Origin: Betaproteobacteria bacterium | Lineage (GTDB): Bacteria > Pseudomonadota > Gammaproteobacteria > Burkholderiales > SG8-39 | NCBI GenBank assembly: GCA_004297625.1 | Contig: SCTY01000004.1 | Coordinates: forward strand, 2,697 to 66,696 | Length of the DNA: 64,000 bases | Direction of reading: 5' to 3' | Part shown: positions 39,469 through 49,297 of the stretch, one piece after another | Numbering within the stretch: the first letter of the stretch is position 1 | How the letters are laid out: each line of letters opens with the position of its first letter | Translations under genes and position numbers: made by a program | Notes under the pieces: model-generated | The model's database searches: none | What the model was told of the DNA's origin: nothing | Seen by the model: only the letters and a program-made list of their open reading frames with translations

Positions 39469-40770
39469 TCAGGCGGCGCTGGCCAAGGGTGCCTCGGCAT
39501 CCACAACGCATTGTTCGAGGATCGCTAGACCTTCGTCGACGATCGTGTCCGGGGCTGTGAGCGGCATGAGCAGGCGGATGACGTTGCCGTACGTGCCACA
39601 GGAAAGGAGGATCAGACCGCGCCGCGCAGCGTCCGCCACGACGTCCCTCGCAAAGTCCGGGTCGGGCTCCCTGCGCTCGAGGTTCTTGAAGAACTCGATC
39701 GCGACCATGGCCCCTAGGCCGCGCACGTCGCCGATGCGCCGAGTGCGGCGCGCGAGCTCGCCAAGCCGTATCAGAAGCCGCTCTCCCAGCCGTGTCGCGC
39801 GCTCAGCCAGCCGTTCCCCCTCGATCACATCGAGCACCGCGAGCGCGGCCGCGCATCCGAGCGGATTGCCCGCGTAGGTCCCGCCAAGGCCGCCCGGCGC
39901 AACCGCGTCCATGATCTCGGCGCGACCGATGATTGCCGAGAGCGGAAAACCGCCGGCCAAGCTCTTCGCCGCAGCAATCAAGTCCGGCACGACGCCAGAA
40001 TGCTCGATCGCGAACATGCGTCCGGTCCGCGCTGCACCACTCTGGATTTCATCGACGATCAGGAGGATGCCGTGCTCGTCGCACAACCGGCGCAGGGCAC
40101 TGAGGAAAGGCGGCGGAGCGACGTAGAAACCGCCTTCGCCCTGCACGGGCTCGATGAGGAAGGCAGCGACGCGCTCGGGTTCGATATCGGACTTGAAGAG
40201 CGCCGCGATCGCGGCTAAAGCGTCGTCGCTGCTCACGCCGTACAGCGGATTCGGAAACGGCACATGGTACAGGTCGGCGGGAAACGGACCGAACCCGGTC
40301 TTGTAGGGCTCGACCTTGCCGGTCAGGCCCAGCGCCAGGAGCGTGCGGCCGTGGAAAGCGCCGCCGAACGCAATCACGGCGGGGCGGCGCGTGTACGCGC
40401 GCGCGATCTTGACCGCGTTCTCGATCGCCTCGGCGCCGGTCGTGAGCAGGAGCGTTTTCTTCGGCCACTCGCCGGGGGCGAGGCGGTTGAGGCGCTCGGC
40501 CAAGGCGATATAGAGTTCGTAGGGAAGCACTTGGAACGCAGTGTGCGTGAAACGGTCGAGCTGCGCGCGTACAGCCGCGAGCACTTTAGGGTGCCGGTGC
40601 CCGGTGTTCAGTACAGCGATGCCGCCGGAAAAATCGATGTAGCGCCGACCCACGGTATCCCACACCTCCGCCCCCTCGGCGCGCGCAGCGTAGATCCCTG
40701 CGTGCATACTCGCAACGCCGCGCGGCACTGCGTTCGCGCGTCTGGCCGCCAAATTCATGTTTGTGGTCAT
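39469..40770 (-). CDS. class III PLP aminotransferase (4-aminobutyrate aminotransferase-like)
   Basis: GIAVLNTGHRHPKV, LIVDEIQSGAARTGRMFA, GGLGGTYAGNP. Start at MTTNMNLAARR. Confidence 0.88.
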   Translation of the reverse strand: MTTNMNLAARRANAVPRGVASMHAGIYAARAEGAEVWDTVGRRYIDFSGGIAVLNTGHRHPKVLAAVRAQLDRFTHTAFQVLPYELYIALAERLNRLAPGEWPKKTLLLTTGAEAIENAVKIARAYTRRPAVIAFGGAFHGRTLLALGLTGKVEPYKTGFGPFPADLYHVPFPNPLYGVSSDDALAAIAALFKSDIEPERVAAFLIEPVQGEGGFYVAPPPFLSALRRLCDEHGILLIVDEIQSGAARTGRMFAIEHSGVVPDLIAAAKSLAGGFPLSAIIGRAEIMDAVAPGGLGGTYAGNPLGCAAALAVLDVIEGERLAERATRLGERLLIRLGELARRTRRIGDVRGLGAMVAIEFFKNLERREPDPDFARDVVADAARRGLILLSCGTYGNVIRLLMPLTAPDTIVDEGLAILEQCVVDAEAPLASAA

Positions 40771-40884
40771 GTATTCGATCTCCCGGGCGGTCCGCCAGCG
40801 GGTGGTCAGCGGACTGCCCACTGCACGACGGTGGGTGATATCCTACGCTGTCTATTATAATTGACAAGCACGGAGGAAGTCCTA

Positions 40885-41508
40885 GTGGGAAAGGTGGCCA
40901 AAGCGCGCGCCCGACGCGACGAGAGCAAAAGAATAATTAACACCGACTCTTCGCGAGGCAGAATTCCCGACATCGGTACACGCCTCAAGGTAGTCCGCGA
41001 GACCTGCGGCGTGAGCCAGCGCGCGCTGGCTCGCCGGGCCGGGGTCACGAATGCAATGATCTCGCTCATTGAGCGAAACCGATGCAGCCCCTCGGTCGCC
41101 CTCCTCAAGCGGGTTCTGGAGGGCCTGAACACAACACTGGGAAAGTTTTTTGCGACAGACCTGCCACCGCGAGAGCAGATTTTCTTCCGCTCTCGCGAAC
41201 TTACGCGGCTTGTCGAGGGCAAGATCTCCTTTCGTCAGGTCGGTGCCGATCTGCGCGGGCGCCGTATTCAGCTCCTGCATGAGCGCTACGCGCCCGGCGC
41301 CGACACCGGCGAAACGATGCTGCGGCACGAGGCGGAGGAAGGTGGCGTGATACTACGCGGTCGGATCGAGATCACGGTGGGCCGCGACAAAAGCGTGCTC
41401 GGACCCGGGGACGCATATTATTTCGACAGCCTGCGGCCCCACCGTTTCCGCAATGTCGGATCCATGGAATGCGAGATCATCAGTGCCTGCTCGCCCCCGT
41501 CGTTCTAG
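40885..41508 (+). CDS. XRE-family regulator with cupin domain
   Basis: IGTRLKVVRETCGVSQRALARRAGVTNAMISLIERN plus cupin segment (GDAYYFDSLRPHRFRN). I chose GTG 40885 because GGAGGA lies 7 nt upstream. The ORF track starts at TTG 40861. Confidence 0.8.
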   Translation: MGKVAKARARRDESKRIINTDSSRGRIPDIGTRLKVVRETCGVSQRALARRAGVTNAMISLIERNRCSPSVALLKRVLEGLNTTLGKFFATDLPPREQIFFRSRELTRLVEGKISFRQVGADLRGRRIQLLHERYAPGADTGETMLRHEAEEGGVILRGRIEITVGRDKSVLGPGDAYYFDSLRPHRFRNVGSMECEIISACSPPSF

Positions 41509-41815
41509 CCGACTGCCGCGTTTCTCTGACTGCAGAGCCCCCACACCAGGACCGTGGCTCTGGCGGCCCGCCTTGCGTCGAATCCGACAGAAACGTTGAA
41601 ACATGAACCCGCTCTTGTCGCGCGTTCCCCCGATTGCGGTTGCGCCCGGTCGGTTGGGGTGGAGCTGCCGTGTTTCCGTAGGGGTTTAGCGTTTGAGTCG
41701 CGGGAGCAAGTTTTCTAGTTCTGCATGGTCCGAAGACGCCCGAGCAGGTTATCGACCGTCGTCCGAGAGCGTGTAGAAATTGGAAACTCAACATCTAATT
41801 TGCGCACGACGTTGG

Positions 41816-41872
41816 AAAGCGTCGACTTGGACGTCAGTTTTTGATTCGATGACGCGGGCCATGCTATTACGG
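41816..41872. repeat. imperfect direct repeat, copy 1 (~55 bp, ~85% identical to 45191..45246)
   Basis: aaagcgtcgacttggacgtcagtttttgattcgatgacgcgggccatgctattacg versus caagtgtcgattggacatcagttattgattcgatcatgcgggccatattattgcg. Confidence 0.7.
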
Positions 41873-41961
41873 GTCCCGCCAGATAGCGCTGATGTAGTCT
41901 ACACCGTCTTGAGTAATCTTTTTGGCATCCAGCATGTTCTTTGGTCAAGGAGGAGTACACC

Positions 41962-42948
41962 ATGCTTAGCAATTTAATTAGGTTGTTCTTGACGCTATTG
42001 GTTGCCGCCGTCTCTTTGCATCACGTTCCAATTTCAATCGCGCAAGGTTCGGCTTATCCGTCAAAACCGGTACGCTTGATTGTGCCGTTTGCTCCCGGAG
42101 GCGTCACCGATGCGCTTGGGCGGCTCACTGCCGCGAAGCTACAGGACGCTTGGGGTCAGCCGGTCATTGTTGAGAATAAGCCGGGTGCCGGAACAAATAT
42201 CGCTGCAGATTTCGTAGCGAAGTCCGCGCCGGATGGCTACACGCTCCTTATGGGAACTCCGTCAATTGCGGTTAATCCGGCTCTTTACGCCTCGTTGCCG
42301 TACAACTGGCAGCGGGACCTGCAACCAGTGACGATGGTTGGCTACCTGCCGAACCTACTCGTGGTAACTCCGTCCCTACCGGTGAACTCAGTCAAGGAGC
42401 TCATTACCTATGCGAAGTCCAACCCTGGCAAGTTGGAATTCGGATCGTCAAGCGTAGGCGGTGCAATCCACCTTTCCGGCGAGTTGTTCAAAGCACTAGC
42501 TGGGGTCGACATGGTGCACGTGCCATATAAAGGCAGTGCGCCGGCAATCGCGGATCTCCTGTCCGGTCGGATCGCGCTAATGTTCGATAACCTGCCTTCG
42601 GCGCTGCCTCACGCAAAAGCGGGGAAGCTCCGCGCCATTGCGGTTACCGGCGCGAAGCGCTCCGCTCAGGTTCCGGACTTGCCGACAGTGGCGGAGGCGG
42701 GATTGCCTGGGTTCGAAGTACTCTCGTGGAATGGCATCTTCGTGCCTGCGGGTACGCCTCGCGACATCGTCATTAAGCTGCAGACGGAAATCAAGAAGGC
42801 AGTGGGCCTACCTGACGTTCAACAGCGGTTTTCAACGCAAGGGATTGAAGCCGGTGGCACCAGCCCAGAAGAGTTCGGTGCGTTCGTCAAGGCAGAGGCG
42901 GACAAGTGGCAGCCCCTGATACGGCGACTTGGGATTAAAGCGGATTGA
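41962..42948 (+). CDS. Bug-family TTT substrate-binding protein
   Basis: ATG 41962 after AAGGAGG. Signal peptide, then AYPSKPVRLIVPFAPGGVTDALGRL. Confidence 0.9.
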   Translation: MLSNLIRLFLTLLVAAVSLHHVPISIAQGSAYPSKPVRLIVPFAPGGVTDALGRLTAAKLQDAWGQPVIVENKPGAGTNIAADFVAKSAPDGYTLLMGTPSIAVNPALYASLPYNWQRDLQPVTMVGYLPNLLVVTPSLPVNSVKELITYAKSNPGKLEFGSSSVGGAIHLSGELFKALAGVDMVHVPYKGSAPAIADLLSGRIALMFDNLPSALPHAKAGKLRAIAVTGAKRSAQVPDLPTVAEAGLPGFEVLSWNGIFVPAGTPRDIVIKLQTEIKKAVGLPDVQQRFSTQGIEAGGTSPEEFGAFVKAEADKWQPLIRRLGIKAD

Positions 42949-42953
42949 GCGTG

Positions 42954-44147
42954 ATGACGATCGACGACCGGCAAATTCACCGCTGGGTTGATGATCATGC
43001 CGAGGAGATTGTCGAGCTTCTCCGTTCATTAGTGCGCATTCCGTCAATCACCGGCAACGAAGCCGCGATCGCCCAATTCATCACGGAATACCTTGAGTCG
43101 CTCAATCTCACTGTTGAACGGCTCGAAGCAGAGTCGAACCGCCCTAATCTCGTGTGCACCTGGGACAGCGGGAAGCCGGGACCGACTTTGCTTCTCAATG
43201 ATCACTTGGACATGATTCCGCCAGGGCCACTTGAATACTGGACACACCCCCCGTTTGCCGCCGAAATTCATGAGGGAAAGATTTACGGTCGAGCCACGAT
43301 CGATACCAAGTCTGGGCTGACGACAATACTTGCTACCGTAAGGTTGCTTAAGCAACTCGCAATTCCGTTTCGCGGGAAGCTCCTGCTCATCTTTAGTTGT
43401 GACGAGGAGGTTGGCGGCAGGCTGGGTATGCAGCACCTCGGAAAGCTTGGGCGCTTGAAGGCTGACTTGGCACTTGTGACTGAGCCGACCACCATGCAGG
43501 TCGAAATCGCCACAAAAGGACGCCTCACCTTTGGAATAACTACAAAGGGCATTGCTACTCATGGAGCGCGCCCTTGGCTTGGCCACAACGCGATTGAAGA
43601 CATGATGTTGGTGCTAGAGGAGCTTAAGGGACTCAAGCAGGAATTGGCCCAACGCAAGCATCCGCGATTGGGGAGCCCATCAATCAATGTTGGGACGATT
43701 AGCGGCGGAACTGTTTCGAACATGGTGCCAAACAAGTGCACCATCGAAGTCGATCGGCGACTGCTGCCGAATGAAGTGCCAGCCAACGTGAGGAAGGAAT
43801 TCGAGACACTACTGGATCGCATACGCGGGCGCCATCCCGAATTCGACGCTACTCTGGAAGAGCTGGTGTGGTGGCCGGGCTACGAAATCGCAGAGGACGA
43901 GCCGATCGTAGTTGCAGTTAGCCAAGCATTTGAAAAAGTGATGGGCCGTAAACCCGCAATCGGCGTCAAGGATGCAGGGACAGACGCCTCATGGATCAAT
44001 ACGCTCGGCAACATTCCGGTGGCGATGTTCAGCCCAGGTGACGGATTGAGGGCGATGAATGCCGATGAGAGCGTCACCATCTCCGATTTGATCGCTGCTA
44101 CCAAGGTCGTCGCCCAAACCACCGTCGACATCTTGGCTGCGAGATAG
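42954..44147 (+). CDS. M20-family metallopeptidase/deacylase (ArgE/DapE/CPG2-like)
   Basis: LVRIPSITGNE, LLLNDHLDMIP, SCDEEVGG, GTDASW. The start is uncertain (TTG 42945, GTG 42951 or ATG 42954). Confidence 0.85.
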   Translation: MTIDDRQIHRWVDDHAEEIVELLRSLVRIPSITGNEAAIAQFITEYLESLNLTVERLEAESNRPNLVCTWDSGKPGPTLLLNDHLDMIPPGPLEYWTHPPFAAEIHEGKIYGRATIDTKSGLTTILATVRLLKQLAIPFRGKLLLIFSCDEEVGGRLGMQHLGKLGRLKADLALVTEPTTMQVEIATKGRLTFGITTKGIATHGARPWLGHNAIEDMMLVLEELKGLKQELAQRKHPRLGSPSINVGTISGGTVSNMVPNKCTIEVDRRLLPNEVPANVRKEFETLLDRIRGRHPEFDATLEELVWWPGYEIAEDEPIVVAVSQAFEKVMGRKPAIGVKDAGTDASWINTLGNIPVAMFSPGDGLRAMNADESVTISDLIAATKVVAQTTVDILAAR

Positions 44148-44237
44148 CGCGGTTCACGAGAGGATGGGACATTCGGTACGTTATCGATTCATGGCTAAGA
44201 TGATTCTGGGCAGGTCACACTTCTTATTCGACGCGGG

Positions 44238-44996
44238 TTGAGCTTGGACTCGGGATCGGTTGTTCTGCTAGCGGGAGTGGCACTTACCGTAGGCGTGTTC
44301 ATTGGGACTTCGGGCATAGGGGGCGTTCTTCTAATCCCAGTGCTGGTTCATCCCGTAGGACTCTCAGTGCACCACGCTGTCGCCACCGCACTCGCGAGTT
44401 TTCTGTTCATTGGCAGTGCAGGTACATGGTTGTTTGCGCGTCGTGGGAGCCTCGAATGGCAGTTGATTTGGCCGGTCTGCGCTGGCGCAGCCTTTGCGGG
44501 ATATATCGGAGCGCGGTTCGCGGCGCAAATTGAAGCGCGGCCACTCGCTCTTGTGATCGGACTGCTCATCATCGGGGCGAGTGTACTCATTCTTCGTCCG
44601 CCACCTGTGCTCGCGCCGAGGGGGGTGCGCGCCCCGAGGCGTGAACGACTGGTGCTAGGCGGTGTAGGTCTTACCGCTGGATTTGGCTCCGGACTATCCG
44701 GGGCGGGTGGCCCAATATTCTCGGTGCCGCTGATGATTGCATTGGGTTTCCCACCGCTCGCTACAGTAGGCGCGGCGCAAGGCCTGCAGATCGTGGCAGC
44801 GCTTTCTGGTTCAGCAGCCAATCTCCAAGCTGGCGCGATTAACGCGCACGCGCTCGCATTGATTGTCGTGTTCCAGTTAGCGGGCCTAGTTGCGGGTGTG
44901 CGGCTCGCGCATGCATTAAGCTCGGCTGCATTGCGGCAGGTTGCCGCATGGCTTTGTGTCGGTGCAGGTGTCCTAATGGTGTTCAGGGCTGTGTGA
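44238..44996 (+). CDS. TauE/SafE (TSUP) family sulfite/anion exporter
   Basis: 252-aa polytopic protein with GTSGIGGVLLIPVL and GLSGAGGPIFSVPLM internal repeats. Confidence 0.8.
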   Translation: MSLDSGSVVLLAGVALTVGVFIGTSGIGGVLLIPVLVHPVGLSVHHAVATALASFLFIGSAGTWLFARRGSLEWQLIWPVCAGAAFAGYIGARFAAQIEARPLALVIGLLIIGASVLILRPPPVLAPRGVRAPRRERLVLGGVGLTAGFGSGLSGAGGPIFSVPLMIALGFPPLATVGAAQGLQIVAALSGSAANLQAGAINAHALALIVVFQLAGLVAGVRLAHALSSAALRQVAAWLCVGAGVLMVFRAV

Positions 44997-45019
44997 TAAC
45001 TGGTGTGCTGGGAGTTACT

Positions 45020-45110
45020 CGTCGCCAATCGGCGGGTGTGGCCTTGTTCCTCACCTCGCCGGCCGCGACTTTCATCGCCGGTGGTTTCATAGCTGTTGAG
45101 GGCGGCGCGG
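45020..45110 (+). pseudogene. possible C-terminal scrap of a short-chain dehydrogenase
   Basis: ..AGVALFLTSPAATFIAGGFIAVEGG resembles SDR C-termini (..VLFLASDEASFITGQ.L.VDGG). There is no upstream SDR sequence. Confidence 0.3.
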
Positions 45111-45190
45111 CGCCCGGGGGCGGCGGTCTAAGGGTGCCAAGAATCCCCGGAGGTAGACCCGGCTCACGCAGTTGAGCGTGATACGCCCTG

Positions 45191-45246
45191 CAAGTGTCGA
45201 TTGGACATCAGTTATTGATTCGATCATGCGGGCCATATTATTGCGC
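45191..45246. repeat. imperfect direct repeat, copy 2
   Basis: See 41816..41872. Confidence 0.7.
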
Positions 45247-45277
45247 CCTGCTGCGACCCCGGGCGCCCCAAAACCGC

Positions 45278-46294
45278 TCAGGCACTCCCACCGGCAACGA
45301 GTTCGAAGCCCAGATCCTCCATTGCTCCCGCCGCTCGACCGCCGATCCTGTCAAGCAGCAACTGCGCCGCGCGAGCGCCGATCTGCCGGCGCGGAAAGCG
45401 AATCGAGGTCAGTTCCGGCGTGATCAGGGTCCCGATCGGCGAGCCATCGAGACCGGCGAGCGCCACCTTGCCCGGCACCGGCCAGCCTCGCCGCAGGCAG
45501 TACAGCAGTGCACCCACTGCGAGTACGTCGCTGGCGGCGAACACCGCGTCGATCGAAGAATCGTGCGCGAGCAGATCCGACAGCGCCACCGCCCCGTTCT
45601 CGAATTCAAACGGCGTGCGGCGAATACACGCCTCCGCCGTCGGCAGCCCCGCTTCCGATAGCCCCGCCCGATAACCTCGTTCGCGCGCCTGCGTCCGGTC
45701 GTTTTTGTAGGTGGGGCCTCCGATGTAGGCGATGCGCCCATAACCGCGTGAAACCAGATGCCGCACCATGGTGCGCGCTGCCGAGAAATTGGAGAAACCC
45801 ACCGCACAGTCAAATGGGTGAGTCGGCAGGTTCCACATCTCGACCACCGGAATGCCGGCCCGTGTCAGCATGGCGCGAACACGCTCGGTATGGGTGGTGC
45901 CGGTGAGCGCGATCCCGTCCACCCGCTGCTCGACAAACGCCTCGACTATGCGCTGCTCGCGCAGCGGATTGTATTGGCTGGAGGCGATCAGGAGACGATA
46001 GCCTTTCACTTCCAGCACTTCCGACAGGCCCTGCAGCGTATCGGCGAAGATTGAGTTCGACAGCACCGGCACTACCGTGCCTATGCAGCGCGTGGTCTTT
46101 GACGCTAGGCTGCCAGCGACGGCGTGCCGCACGTAGCCGGTCTCGGCAACGGCGCGTCGGATACTGGCGAGGGTCGAACCTGACACCCACGCGGGATCGG
46201 CCAGTGCGCGCGAAACGGTGATCGGGGCAACGCCCGCGCGTCGCGCGACATCAACCATCGTCGGCGGCCTGTCGGCTTGTCTATGCCGGGGCAT
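45278..46294 (-). CDS. LacI-family transcriptional regulator
   Basis: PTMVDVARRAGVAPITVSRALADPAWVSGSTLASIRRAVAETGYV, plus a periplasmic-binding-protein-like effector domain. Confidence 0.9.
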   Translation of the reverse strand: MPRHRQADRPPTMVDVARRAGVAPITVSRALADPAWVSGSTLASIRRAVAETGYVRHAVAGSLASKTTRCIGTVVPVLSNSIFADTLQGLSEVLEVKGYRLLIASSQYNPLREQRIVEAFVEQRVDGIALTGTTHTERVRAMLTRAGIPVVEMWNLPTHPFDCAVGFSNFSAARTMVRHLVSRGYGRIAYIGGPTYKNDRTQARERGYRAGLSEAGLPTAEACIRRTPFEFENGAVALSDLLAHDSSIDAVFAASDVLAVGALLYCLRRGWPVPGKVALAGLDGSPIGTLITPELTSIRFPRRQIGARAAQLLLDRIGGRAAGAMEDLGFELVAGGSA

Positions 46295-46341
46295 ACGCTA
46301 CCCTCGCTGCGCACCAATTGACAACCAAGTACATATATCCT

Positions 46342-46357
46342 ATGGTAGCGCTACCAT
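46342..46357. promoter_or_regulatory. perfect 16-bp palindrome ATGGTAGCGCTACCAT (LacI-type operator), copy 1
   Basis: Located between the lacI-family gene (start 46294) and the dsrE-like gene (46437). An identical copy lies at 57183..57198. Confidence 0.75.
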
Positions 46358-46436
46358 TCACGGCAACCAAGTGCCCCACGCGTCCGGCATTGCAGCAACG
46401 AACGATGCACGATGCGCCTTTCCCCAAGGAGGTCGA

Positions 46437-46898
46437 ATGACTGGACCGGCCAATTATTTCAACGGGTTGAAACGCGTTGGGGCAGTTTACGACTTCACGA
46501 CCGGGGACGAAAATATGTTTTGCGACCGCATGGGCCTGATCAAGCTCACCGCGGAAAACTTTCACAAGCGCGGAATCGAGACGGACTTCGTCATTTTGAT
46601 TCATGGTCCTTCAACCAAGTTCGTTACCAAGTCGCAGAGCGGTACGAAGTTCGACGGCGAGAAGGTCGCACGGCTGCCGGAAATCCATGCCCTGATGAGA
46701 GAACTCGACGATTCCGGAAAGGCCCGCATAGTGACGTGCGGAATCGCAATGGGGCGTCATCTTATCGGCAAGGACAATCTGATGCCGTTTACGGCCGTCG
46801 AGGAGAACGTCGCGGAAATCAGCATCGCGTTGCAGAACCAGGGTTACGCCTACATGCAGGTTGACCTGATGGCGGCGGTTCCGGTGAAGGCGGCTTGA
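46437..46898 (+). CDS. DsrE/DsrF-like (COG1416-type) protein, cytoplasmic
   Basis: ATG after AAGGAGG. VYDFTTGDE.., FVILIHGPSTKFV, RIVTCGIAMGRHL, GYAYMQV. It aligns with the 10529 product and the 11667 C-terminal domain. No signal peptide. Confidence 0.6.
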   Translation: MTGPANYFNGLKRVGAVYDFTTGDENMFCDRMGLIKLTAENFHKRGIETDFVILIHGPSTKFVTKSQSGTKFDGEKVARLPEIHALMRELDDSGKARIVTCGIAMGRHLIGKDNLMPFTAVEENVAEISIALQNQGYAYMQVDLMAAVPVKAA

Positions 46899-46938
46899 GC
46901 GGGCGGTTCATGCCCATGTTCCACAAGGAGGAGGACAA

Positions 46939-47958
46939 ATGACCAAGTACTTCGGGAATAGACGTGCGTTGCTGAAGACATTGGGCGTCGGTGCCACGGC
47001 CCTGGCTGCCGCAGGATTGCCGGGAGCTTTGCTCGCGCAGCCCACCAAACTCCGCGTCGGCTATATTCATACCATCGCCGTCGACGGACAGATCTGGGCT
47101 GGCGAGCATATCGGGAGCTGGAAGAAGGAGGGCCTCGACATGGAGTTCATCAAATTCGACTCCGGGCTTGCCATCTTTCAGGCCATGGTCGGCGGAAGCC
47201 TCGACATGCTGGCGGTCGGCGCCTACGCCGCGAACTTTCCCGCCAACGGCCAAGGCAAGGTGTTCCTCATCAATTCGATCGAGTACGCGACCGCCCAGCT
47301 GTGGGTCCGCACAGACCAGGGCGTGAACAGCTTCCGGGACCTGAAGGGGAAGAAAATCCCGACCGCGGTCGGCTCGACGGCGGACGTGTTCCTGCGCACC
47401 GCGCTCAAAGCCAATGGAATCGACCCGAGCAAGGACGTAGAGATCATCAATCAGCGCATGCCCGATGCCGTTTCGGCGTTTATCGCCGGGGCGGTTCCGG
47501 CGGTGGCTTTGTGGGTACCCTTCAATCTGGCGGTCGCCAAGAGCGTGCCGACTGCCAAAATGCTGGTGGACGCGTCGGCCTACTATCCCAAGTCCGCGAT
47601 CATCGGCGGCTGGGTCGCGAGCAACGACTACTACGCCAAGCACCCGGATGTCATGAAGAAGGTGGCGCGTGCCTGGGCCGCAGCCAACGATTACCTCGTG
47701 TCGAAACCCGATGAGGCGCTGGCAGCGATCCAGCGCAAGCACTATCCGGAAGTGCCGCTCGATTCGATGAAGGCGATGTACAAGGCGTCCAAGGTGTTCC
47801 CGTCCAAAGAGTGGATCAAGTATTACCAGGACGGGACCGTCGTCAAGTGGCTCAACCAAGTGACCAACTTCTACGTGGAGCTCGGCGCGATCCAGAAACC
47901 GCTGCCGGCCGAGAAGTATTTCGATTCGAAGCTCTTGGCCGGTGTGGTAGGCGGATGA
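46939..47958 (+). CDS. ABC transporter substrate-binding protein, NMT1/SsuA/TauA-like (NitT/TauT family)
   Basis: Tat-like leader NRRALLKTLGVGATALAAAG, then KLRVGYIHTIAVDGQIW. Confidence 0.8.
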   Translation: MTKYFGNRRALLKTLGVGATALAAAGLPGALLAQPTKLRVGYIHTIAVDGQIWAGEHIGSWKKEGLDMEFIKFDSGLAIFQAMVGGSLDMLAVGAYAANFPANGQGKVFLINSIEYATAQLWVRTDQGVNSFRDLKGKKIPTAVGSTADVFLRTALKANGIDPSKDVEIINQRMPDAVSAFIAGAVPAVALWVPFNLAVAKSVPTAKMLVDASAYYPKSAIIGGWVASNDYYAKHPDVMKKVARAWAAANDYLVSKPDEALAAIQRKHYPEVPLDSMKAMYKASKVFPSKEWIKYYQDGTVVKWLNQVTNFYVELGAIQKPLPAEKYFDSKLLAGVVGG

Positions 47959-48045
47959 GGGAACAGCGCCGCGACGCGGCGCGTAGCTTCGCTAAGCTCG
48001 AGGTAACCCAAGTGTGAGTGTGACAGTGCTCTCCACTCTATTTTC

Positions 48046-48265
48046 CTACAAGGCGGGAATCGACATTGTGGCGAGCGCGTCCTCTAGAATTCCAAGGCCT
48101 TCGTGCATGACCGCCTCGGGCACCGTGAGCGGCACCATGATGCGGATGACGTTGCCGTAGATCCCGCAGGAGAGCGGGAGCGGGCCGCTCTCACGCCTCG
48201 GCGACCAATCTGCGCGCCAACCTGGGGCGTTGCTGGCGCGGCGGACGAGTAGCGGGTGCGGCTGG
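48046..48265 (-). pseudogene. C-terminal remnant of a class III aminotransferase (paralogue of 39469..40770)
   Basis: ..PLPLSCGIYGNVIRIMVPLTVPEAVMHEGLGILEDAL.. matches ..LILLSCGTYGNVIRLLMPLTAPDTIVDEGLAILEQCV.. of the intact gene. Upstream similarity (LARRLVAEA*) lies in another frame and has an in-frame stop. Confidence 0.7.
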
Positions 48266-48278
48266 GTCCATGATTTCC

Positions 48279-49262
48279 TTAGCGCGATCCCGCGCCAGCC
48301 GCCGAGCGGCGGCCGGCAACAGCTTCCGCCAGGATGCACAAGAGCTCGAACATCATGGTCGCACCCACCAAGGCGGTGTTTCCCGAAGGATCGAACGGCG
48401 GCGAGACCTCGACCACGTCGCCGCCCACCAGGTTTAGCCCCCGCAGGCCGCGGATCATGCGCTGCGCCTCGAGCGTGGAGAACCCGCCGATCTCGGGCGT
48501 GCCTGTGCCGGGCGCATAGGCGGGGTCGAGTCCGTCGACGTCGAAGCTGACGTAGGTCGGTCCCGTTCCCACCACCCTGCGGGCCTCCTCGATCACGGCG
48601 TCGACCCCCAGCTCCGCGAACTCTTCGATCGCAACGACGCGAATTCCCACCGAGGCCGCGTAGTCCATGTCCACCGCGCTGTAGAGCGAGCCTCTGATCC
48701 CGATCTGGATCGTGCGCTTCGGATCGAGCAGCCCTTCCTCGACGGCGCGGCGGAACGGGGTTCCATGCGTGTATTTCTCGCCGCCGAAATAGGTGTCCCA
48801 GGTGTCCGAGTGCGCGTCGAAATGCACCATGCCCACGGGCTCGGCGCCTGCAATCGCCCGGAAGATCGGCAGCGTCGTCAGGTGGTCTCCGCCGGCCGTC
48901 AGCGGCATCGCCCCGGCCTGGTGAACCTTGCCGAAGACGCGCTCGATGCGGATCAGCGTGTCCGATACGTTGATCGGATTCACGGGCACATCGCCGAGAT
49001 CTCCGATCCGGGCCAGTTCGAACGGGGAGATTTTCGTCACCGGGTGCACGCGCCTGACAAAGCTCGACATGTTGCGGATCTCGCGCGGCCCGTGGCGGGC
49101 CCCGGCCCGGTTCGTCGTGCCTCCGTCCCACGGAACCCCGATCAGGGCGATATCCAAGAGACTCGGGTCGCGAAACACCGGCAGCCGCATGAAGGTCGGT
49201 ATGTCGCTGAAACGCGGCATGACCGCGGCGTCTACCGGTTCATAGAATTCTCGCTTCTGCAC
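48279..49262 (-). CDS. agmatinase/ureohydrolase-family guanidino-compound hydrolase
   Basis: GTG start after AAGGAGGAG. GVPWDGGTTNRAGARHGP, GGDHLTTLP, VHFDAHSDT, SFDVDGLDP, VVEVSP (Mn-ligand motifs). Confidence 0.9.
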   Translation of the reverse strand: MQKREFYEPVDAAVMPRFSDIPTFMRLPVFRDPSLLDIALIGVPWDGGTTNRAGARHGPREIRNMSSFVRRVHPVTKISPFELARIGDLGDVPVNPINVSDTLIRIERVFGKVHQAGAMPLTAGGDHLTTLPIFRAIAGAEPVGMVHFDAHSDTWDTYFGGEKYTHGTPFRRAVEEGLLDPKRTIQIGIRGSLYSAVDMDYAASVGIRVVAIEEFAELGVDAVIEEARRVVGTGPTYVSFDVDGLDPAYAPGTGTPEIGGFSTLEAQRMIRGLRGLNLVGGDVVEVSPPFDPSGNTALVGATMMFELLCILAEAVAGRRSAAGAGSR

Positions 49263-49297
49263 AGCTTTCTCCTCCTTCAATTTAACGGCGGTCGAGA

